This document shows positions 4,869 to 10,419 of a DNA stretch of 10,419 nucleotides, piece by piece (position 1 is the stretch's first letter; each line of letters begins with the position of its first letter). The notes under the pieces were generated by a model. That model did not search any database. It was not told where the DNA came from and saw only the letters and a program-made list of their open reading frames with translations. The position numbers were made by a program, and so were the translations under genes. Location of the stretch: positions 1-10,419 of the forward strand of contig WALU01000053.1 in the NCBI GenBank assembly GCA_015522685.1, written 5' to 3'. The stretch is from Thermoproteota archaeon (GTDB taxonomy: Archaea; Korarchaeota; Korarchaeia; Korarchaeales; Korarchaeaceae).

Positions 4869-7649
4869 CTAGTAACGACGAAGCCTACTATTTTGCTGCC
4901 TTAAATGATAATACAGCTTTCTAAAGATATCACCACCTTCCCACTTATCTAGGAAAGCTTTAACTTCCCTGAAGCTCATTCCGGAAGCTCTAGCTATTAC
5001 AGCGTTGATTCCATACTTCTCCAGCAAACTAGCACCTGTCTTTAAGTTCTGGCAACCTCTCCCTCCCTTCCCAGCTGAGCATCTTTTCAGCCTTGAAGAC
5101 ATCTCTTCCTTGCTTATCATATCAAAGGAAAGGCTACTGGAGCCGCAAACAGGGCAAGCCAGTTCGTCTATCCCTCTGACAGGAAGGTTGAAGACATAAG
5201 AGCAATCTAAACATCCGAAGGTCACGAATTCATTCATGATTCTCATCTTGAAGCTTAGAAAAGATATTATCTGCCTTTTTTCCGGATTGATCGGCTCCAT
5301 GAAACTCCTTAAATCTCTAACATGCTCCATTGATAAGGGAGATGGACCATCGCATATCTTTACTTCAATATCTCCCCTCTGAATAGATTCTACAACCATG
5401 AGGGCATTCCTGATATCTAAATCTCTATTCATAGCCTCTTTAAGAGCTTCTTCATGGACAGGAGTGCCCCTAAGTCCCACCAGAAGCTTATCTGCTAGAC
5501 TCTTGGTGAGCCTAGTCTCCTTTTCCAGCACACCCATCTTCCTAGCTACCTGCTCTAGCCTCCACCTGAAGGCCTTGCTCTCCTCTACAGCTGACTTTAG
5601 GTCCCTCAGAAATTCCTCTCTACTCGTAACTAGCAAGTTTGCTACATCCCCAGCCCTAGCTTCTGTCCTCAGGACTATCCTATATGGCCCCTCAGACAAG
5701 TAAGCGGAGAGACCTGTCATCCTAGTTATCCTATAGCCAAGGAAACGAGCCAAAGCTCTATTAATCCTGTTACCAAAATGTGCGTGGACAATGACTAGGT
5801 TACCAGCTTGTTCAGCAACTATCCTCCTATCAGTAGGAACTGGCATATTCCTCCTTACCATCTCATAAACACTCCTAATGGCTCTCTTCATGGTCTTATA
5901 CTCAGTTTCATGCTCTCTTGCTAATATCTTGGAAATCTCTTCACGCTTCAATCCACTTAAAGCCATTTCTTCAACTTTTCCTCTTATCCTGCCGACCTCA
6001 AGGGCTACCTCAAATGGAACAGGTATCTCCTCACCTACCCAGCTAGGTATGGCGCTCCCATAATATTCAACACGCTCAACATAAACAGTATCTTCGCCTA
6101 GTGATATGATCTCCCAAGGGGCCCCTCCCATGATAAACCTAGCTCCGATCTCGCAGTACTCTGCCACGAACCTGTCATCCAAGAATCCTATGAATTCCCT
6201 ACTACTCCTCTCCACGACCTTGTATTGCATTACTTCAGGTATCGTAGAAAGAGCCGCGTAGAAGTACCTATAACCCCTCTGTGTCGGAATAAGTCTATCC
6301 CAACTCCTTCTTGAAAGCTCTATCTCCTCCATGAATCTCAGAACATTCAGAAGTTCATCAAATCCCAAATTTCTGTAGGGATAAGCCTTGCTCACCAGCT
6401 GATATATGCTCTCCTCATTCCAGTTTCCGGAGATTATTAGGCCCATTATCTCATGAGCTAAAACATCATATGGTTTATCAGGTATCTCAGAAGGTTCTAT
6501 TTTATTTTTCTTCATCCTCTCTATGAGGACCAATGATTCTAAGGCATCATCACTATTGCCAACGATAATCAATCCTCTGCTAGCCCTTCCAAGCGCATGC
6601 CCAGACCTTCCCACCCTCTGAATGAGCCTTTTAGCTTCCCTTGGTGAATTAAATTGGATGACGAAGTCTATATATCCTATATCTATACCAAGTTCCATTG
6701 AGGATGTGCACACGACCCCTCTCAGCTTTCCCTCCTTCAACATGCTCTCAATGCTCACCCTCTTCGTCTGGGATAGGCTTCCATGATGTACGTAAACTGG
6801 GAAGTTTTCATCCCATAGCATGAGCCTGCTCCCCAAGAACTCGACAGCAGGCCTAGTGTTTGTGAATATCAATGTCGTCCTATTACTATTTACAGAATCT
6901 ATTATTTCCTTCAATCTTCCAGCCATTTCTGGTGTCAGGAACAATTTTTCAGCTAATCTCCTACTAGGATCAGGCCAGATTGCCTTTGCATCTATTTCCT
7001 TGGCTATTGGAGTGTAAACAATTTCACAGGATCCTTGATCACCCACCAAAAGCTTAGCTATTTCATATGGATTACCGATAGTAGCTGAGAGACCTACTAT
7101 CTGGATCTTTTCGACTATCCCCTTAAGTCTCTCCATCAAGATGGAGAGCTGAGTACCCCTCTTGCTATCCGCCAGCTCATGAACCTCGTCGATCACAACC
7201 CACCTTACTGTCTCAAGATGATGCTTGAGTTTCCTACCAGTCAGCAGGAGCTGCATCGATTCCGGCGTTGTTACCATTATATCAGGAGGGGCAAGGGTCT
7301 GTTTTCTTCTCTCTGCTTGTGAAGTATCTCCATGCCTTATTCCCAGCCTCAAATCTAGCTTAAGGGACCAGTACTCAAGCCTTCGTAGTATATCCCTGTT
7401 GAGTGTCCTTAAAGGGGTAATGTAAAGGAGCTTTATTCCTTCTTCCCTCCTACTATCCTCTAACATTTGAGAGAGGATTGGAAGAAAAGCTGCTTCGGTC
7501 TTCCCAGTTCCAGTTGGTGACACTATGAGGACATTCTTACCATTAAGGATAAGAGGAATGGCCTTCTCCTGTGGAGGGGTTAGTTTATTGAATCTCTCAA
7601 GCCACAGTTCCCTGACAGCCGGATGAAGCATCTCTAAAATTTCACTCAT
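4869..7649 (-). CDS. lhr: Lhr-family SF2 (DEAD/H) helicase with C-terminal Cys-rich zinc-finger-like motif
   Basis: Q motif TPPQ; motif I SPTGTGKT; Ia TPLRTL; HGDT; TTPES; II DEVH; III SAT; HHGSL; TSSMELGIDIG; VI QRVGRSGH. Lhr-specific STIP and IPSWVGE. C-terminal CLDC...CPVC. 926 aa. Confidence 0.95.
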   Translation of the reverse strand: MSEILEMLHPAVRELWLERFNKLTPPQEKAIPLILNGKNVLIVSPTGTGKTEAAFLPILSQMLEDSRREEGIKLLYITPLRTLNRDILRRLEYWSLKLDLRLGIRHGDTSQAERRKQTLAPPDIMVTTPESMQLLLTGRKLKHHLETVRWVVIDEVHELADSKRGTQLSILMERLKGIVEKIQIVGLSATIGNPYEIAKLLVGDQGSCEIVYTPIAKEIDAKAIWPDPSRRLAEKLFLTPEMAGRLKEIIDSVNSNRTTLIFTNTRPAVEFLGSRLMLWDENFPVYVHHGSLSQTKRVSIESMLKEGKLRGVVCTSSMELGIDIGYIDFVIQFNSPREAKRLIQRVGRSGHALGRASRGLIIVGNSDDALESLVLIERMKKNKIEPSEIPDKPYDVLAHEIMGLIISGNWNEESIYQLVSKAYPYRNLGFDELLNVLRFMEEIELSRRSWDRLIPTQRGYRYFYAALSTIPEVMQYKVVERSSREFIGFLDDRFVAEYCEIGARFIMGGAPWEIISLGEDTVYVERVEYYGSAIPSWVGEEIPVPFEVALEVGRIRGKVEEMALSGLKREEISKILAREHETEYKTMKRAIRSVYEMVRRNMPVPTDRRIVAEQAGNLVIVHAHFGNRINRALARFLGYRITRMTGLSAYLSEGPYRIVLRTEARAGDVANLLVTSREEFLRDLKSAVEESKAFRWRLEQVARKMGVLEKETRLTKSLADKLLVGLRGTPVHEEALKEAMNRDLDIRNALMVVESIQRGDIEVKICDGPSPLSMEHVRDLRSFMEPINPEKRQIISFLSFKMRIMNEFVTFGCLDCSYVFNLPVRGIDELACPVCGSSSLSFDMISKEEMSSRLKRCSAGKGGRGCQNLKTGASLLEKYGINAVIARASGMSFREVKAFLDKWEGGDIFRKLYYHLRQQNSRLRRY

Positions 7650-8077
7650 ACTGAGGAACCTCTATCTCTCGAAAGATAAGATCTTACATACTGAGTGAAT
7701 GCCCTCAGATCATCTAATTTGAACTTGATGAACTCTAGGAGCCTGAGTGGATCCGCCTCCTCATATTGATGGACCAGTACATTCCTGAATCCGGCCATCT
7801 TGGATAACTCTACTACAAGCTCGCGAGGTATTATTCCCAAATTTCCAAGTTCTAAAAGCAATTCTCTATAAGTCTCTGGAGGGCGCGTGCCTTCCTCTTT
7901 AGATATTACCATTTCGCCAATATTGATGGCATCTATAGTAATCTGAGAGTTCCTCTCAATAGCACTTTTAACCTCATAATCCCCTTCAATCTCTCCCATT
8001 ATGCCTTGCTTGCTCTCTAGATACCTCAGCCTCTCTAAACACCGAATTTTCTCCAGTAGCTTATCTCGAAAGTACAT
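7646..8077 (-). CDS. hepT: HepT-like HEPN ribonuclease toxin (DUF86)
   Basis: AIER..Q, PETYRE and MAGFRNVLVHQY (RX4HXY motif). Downstream of an MNT remnant. Its TGA overlaps the lhr ATG (ATGA, 7649-7646). Confidence 0.88.
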   Translation of the reverse strand: MYFRDKLLEKIRCLERLRYLESKQGIMGEIEGDYEVKSAIERNSQITIDAINIGEMVISKEEGTRPPETYRELLLELGNLGIIPRELVVELSKMAGFRNVLVHQYEEADPLRLLEFIKFKLDDLRAFTQYVRSYLSRDRGSSV

Positions 8078-8081
8078 GGTA

Positions 8082-8285
8082 TTATCCCTCCTTACGAAGG
8101 GTCATCTCGACCCTTCTTAGGCCATAATATCTCCTATCTAGATATGCGTGGATCGTCTTATAGAAGAATTCCTGCCTTAGATTCTCTCCTCTGGCAACAG
8201 AGCAGAACAAATAGGCGAATATAACTTTTCTAATTCTCTTGAGGATTTTTTCTATTTCTTTCACTTTTCTTTCCAATCTCCTCAT
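8082..8285 (-). pseudogene. mntA: MntA minimal nucleotidyltransferase antitoxin, internally deleted
   Basis: VIFAYLFCSVARGE corresponds to FAYLFGS.ARG with G changed to C. It joins directly to the C-terminal helix NLRQEFFYKTIHAYLD. The DxD catalytic motif and central strands are absent; only 67 aa. Confidence 0.8.
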
Positions 8286-8307
8286 TAGGAATAATTAATT
8301 GGTTTCG

Positions 8308-8338
8308 AGTAAAAAGCCTGCTCTATTAAAAACTTCCA
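8308..8338 (-). promoter_or_regulatory. TATA-like boxes for the mntA-hepT-lhr unit
   Basis: The minus strand has TTTTTAATA (8332-8324) and CTTTTTACT (about 8316-8308), the latter about 25 nt upstream of ATG 8285. Confidence 0.4.
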
Positions 8339-8391
8339 AGTAAGCTATACTCAGTTTTATGGCAAGCTTTACATTTGCACATGCCTTTAAA

Positions 8392-8492
8392 TTCAGAATT
8401 TCTTTTAGTGTTAGGAGCAAGAAGGAAGGAATGTTGAGGAACTTAGGAAGAGGATCAAGGAATTGGACGAATGGATGCAGTCCTTGATTTAA
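8392..8492 (+). pseudogene. vapB: VapB-type antitoxin 3' remnant
   Basis: FRISFSVRSKKE/(shift)NVEELRKRIKELDEWMQSLI*. Its end overlaps the start of a PIN-domain remnant (ATGGATGCAGTC), as in archaeal vapBC pairs. No 5' half is recognisable. Confidence 0.55.
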
Positions 8493-8656
8493 GCATCTTA
8501 GCCGAGATATTCAGGGCAATGAAAAGATTCTTGAGAATATTGAGGAGCTAAATCTAACTTACTTATCTTACGGAATCCCAACGATAACTCTTTTCGAGCT
8601 TTACCGGCTCTCTCAATGAGAAGAAGCAGCCAATACTCGATAAATTAGTTAGATAA
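8471..8656 (+). pseudogene. vapC: VapC PIN-domain toxin pseudogene (two frameshifts, 3'-truncated)
   Basis: MDAVLDLSILAEIFR / shift at about 8514 / GNEKILENIEELNLTYLSYGIPTITLFELY / shift at about 8605 / GSLNEKKQPILDKLVR*. Matches the PIN N-terminal VLDTS and IT..EL..G motifs. Confidence 0.75.
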
Positions 8657-8744
8657 ATCTTTCTGCTTCTGCTAACGCGTAAAAGCTTAATATTCGCTCG
8701 CGCGTGATGCTCATTCTAACACTGAGCGTATGAAATATTACAAT

Positions 8745-8788
8745 GATGAATTTTTAATAGTGATGGTTCCGCAGCTTGTGCTCGAGGT
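8745..8788 (+). promoter_or_regulatory. Putative BRE/TATA and SD of the PEPCK-like gene
   Basis: GATGAA-TTTTTAATA at 8745-8759. GAGGT at 8784-8788 lies 6 nt before ATG 8795. Confidence 0.5.
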
Positions 8789-8794
8789 AATCTT

Positions 8795-10419
8795 ATGGAA
8801 AAAATGATCCCGCCCCTAGAGGATATTACACCTGAGATCTTCAAGAAGACTTTCCGAAGGATTATCGATATAAAGGAGAGAGCAGGCCTTAAAGCCATTC
8901 TGGATAATCCTAAAGACCTACTTGATAGGGCCAAGATGTATGGTATGAGGTACAGGAATGGATCTTGGAATTGGGCTTCCAATATATGGAGCAGATCTGC
9001 CAGTAACACTGTAGTCATAGAGAAGGACGAGGAGATCAAAACGGAGCATAAGCTTCTCCTGATGAGAGTTCTAGAGCATATCCTAGCCCAGGGACCGATC
9101 ATAAAGGTTGATGGATATACAGGAAAACCGGGGACTAAAGCTCAGATGCACGCCCGTGTTTATGTTGATCCTCAATTCCCTGATCTAGCTTACAGATGGA
9201 AGCAGTTAGTCTTTGATGCGCCGCCTGATGAGGATCCAGATGTTGAAGTATTTGTCATCCCTCACTACTTAAGCAATCCAAACATACCGGGCACAAATAA
9301 GATGATGATGGTGATGAGGCTTCCCTATCATCGATTCACGATTGCGACGGTCTCCTCCTATCAAGGAGAGGTGAAGAAAGCAGTTCTAACTCACTGGATA
9401 TATCACGTTTATCAGAGAGGAGGAACTGGAGAGCATGCAGCTCTCAGAGAGTTCACGGTAAAGAAAGAATATGGAGAATGGAAGAGAATAGTTATGGCAG
9501 TCTGGGGATTGACTGGAACGGGCAAATCCACTCACGGCTTGTATGTATGGACTCCAGATAATGCTAAGAAGTACATGGAAGACTTCGGTATAAATCCACT
9601 GGAATATATCAGAGATCAGACCATAAAGAATGATGATATAGTGGCGGTATTCAATGATAAGGTAATAGGATCGGAGAAGGGATCTTGGACTAAGACTGAG
9701 GACCTAACTCCTAAACAGGAAGCGATGTGGCATGCAGCCACAAGCCCCCATGCCCTTCATGAGAACACGGAGTTTGATGAGAGGGGATATCCCTCTTTCA
9801 AAGGTAAACTTTTCCAGTACTTTGGCAGACCCAATAGGAACTCCAGATCGGTTCTCAGGCTCGAAGATACCGGCTACTTTGATGGTGACATTGAATCATC
9901 TGGTCCGCTTAACTTTGCTATATTCCTCAGCCCAGGGTACTTCACTGAGTGGGCCTGGGTCAAGATAGAAGATCCCGCACTAGCGGCGAAAGTCTTGGCG
10001 GATGGAAGGACTATAGGTCATCCGGCTCAATCAAAGGAGGTTGTCGGTAAGCTGAGGTATGTGGCTAGATTCGCTTTACCCTTTACAATGGGAGCCTCAA
10101 GCACGGATCATGTGGTCAGGTTTTACGAGTACCTAAAGAAGAGGATAAAGCAGGGAGATCCCATACAGGTCTTTATGTTCAACAATACTGGGAGAATAAT
10201 AGCGAAATATAGGTGGAGCATGACAAAACTCGGAGATAAGGAGATAGAGGCTCCTGAACCGGTATTGATAGAGAAGAATGGAATACCCAAGGCTGTTGGA
10301 GGAGAGAGGCCTACAATAGAGGAGACAGAGCTGTTCATACTGCAAGCTGCTAGGGGTGCTGTGAAATACAAGCCTCATCCTATTTGGGGAGATAAAGTTC
10401 TGGTACCAGTGGAGGTTCC
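8795..10419 (+). CDS. pckA: Phosphoenolpyruvate carboxykinase (ATP)-like protein, 3'-partial
   Basis: Open frame from ATG 8795 to the window end (about 541 codons; absent from the track because no stop falls in the window). Motifs: SYQGEVKK, GEHAA, WGLTGTGKST (kinase-1a), KNDDIV (kinase-2), GSEKGSWTKT, HENT, NRNSR, FMFNNTG, HPIWG..LVPVEVP. Confidence 0.85.
   Translation, partial: MEKMIPPLEDITPEIFKKTFRRIIDIKERAGLKAILDNPKDLLDRAKMYGMRYRNGSWNWASNIWSRSASNTVVIEKDEEIKTEHKLLLMRVLEHILAQGPIIKVDGYTGKPGTKAQMHARVYVDPQFPDLAYRWKQLVFDAPPDEDPDVEVFVIPHYLSNPNIPGTNKMMMVMRLPYHRFTIATVSSYQGEVKKAVLTHWIYHVYQRGGTGEHAALREFTVKKEYGEWKRIVMAVWGLTGTGKSTHGLYVWTPDNAKKYMEDFGINPLEYIRDQTIKNDDIVAVFNDKVIGSEKGSWTKTEDLTPKQEAMWHAATSPHALHENTEFDERGYPSFKGKLFQYFGRPNRNSRSVLRLEDTGYFDGDIESSGPLNFAIFLSPGYFTEWAWVKIEDPALAAKVLADGRTIGHPAQSKEVVGKLRYVARFALPFTMGASSTDHVVRFYEYLKKRIKQGDPIQVFMFNNTGRIIAKYRWSMTKLGDKEIEAPEPVLIEKNGIPKAVGGERPTIEETELFILQAARGAVKYKPHPIWGDKVLVPVEV

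Noticed and set aside
5005-7425. Short plus-strand ORFs inside lhr
   Set aside because: Antisense shadows with no motifs or ribosome-binding sites.
8716-10378. ORFs 8716..9102, 9732..9968, 10123..10371 and 10133..10378
   Set aside because: Antisense or off-frame to the long PEPCK-like frame starting at 8795.
1-10419. tRNA/rRNA genes, IS elements, integrase/att sites, inteins
   Set aside because: No cloverleaf or GC-rich structured RNA, transposase motif, terminal inverted repeats or intein-sized insertion was seen by eye.

Overview
Archaeal chromosomal window, probably from a thermophilic TACK-type lineage (inferred from AGR/ATA/CTA codon use, GGAGGT/GGTGA ribosome-binding sites, TATA-like promoters and gene content). 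Left to right: (1) twin palindromic operator-like sites over the promoter of a two-gene operon, a DUF3307-type membrane protein plus a SatD-family nucleotidyl-cyclase-fold/HTH protein; (2) an intergenic stretch with frameshifted remnants of a PaREP1 gene and probably a HEPN gene; (3) a three-gene operon encoding a short, hinge-less SMC ATPase with Smc5/6-type head motifs, an ScpA/Nse4-like kleisin and an Nse1/Nse3(MAGE)-like KITE protein, i.e. an apparently complete miniature archaeal Smc5/6-like complex; (4) on the minus strand, an internally deleted MntA antitoxin, a HepT (DUF86) toxin with an intact RX4HXY motif and a coupled Lhr helicase; (5) a decayed vapBC pair; (6) a divergent ATP-type PEP carboxykinase-like gene running off the right edge. 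The PaREP1, HEPN, vapBC and PEPCK-like features are absent from the ORF track. All family calls come from motif recognition by eye; no searches were run.
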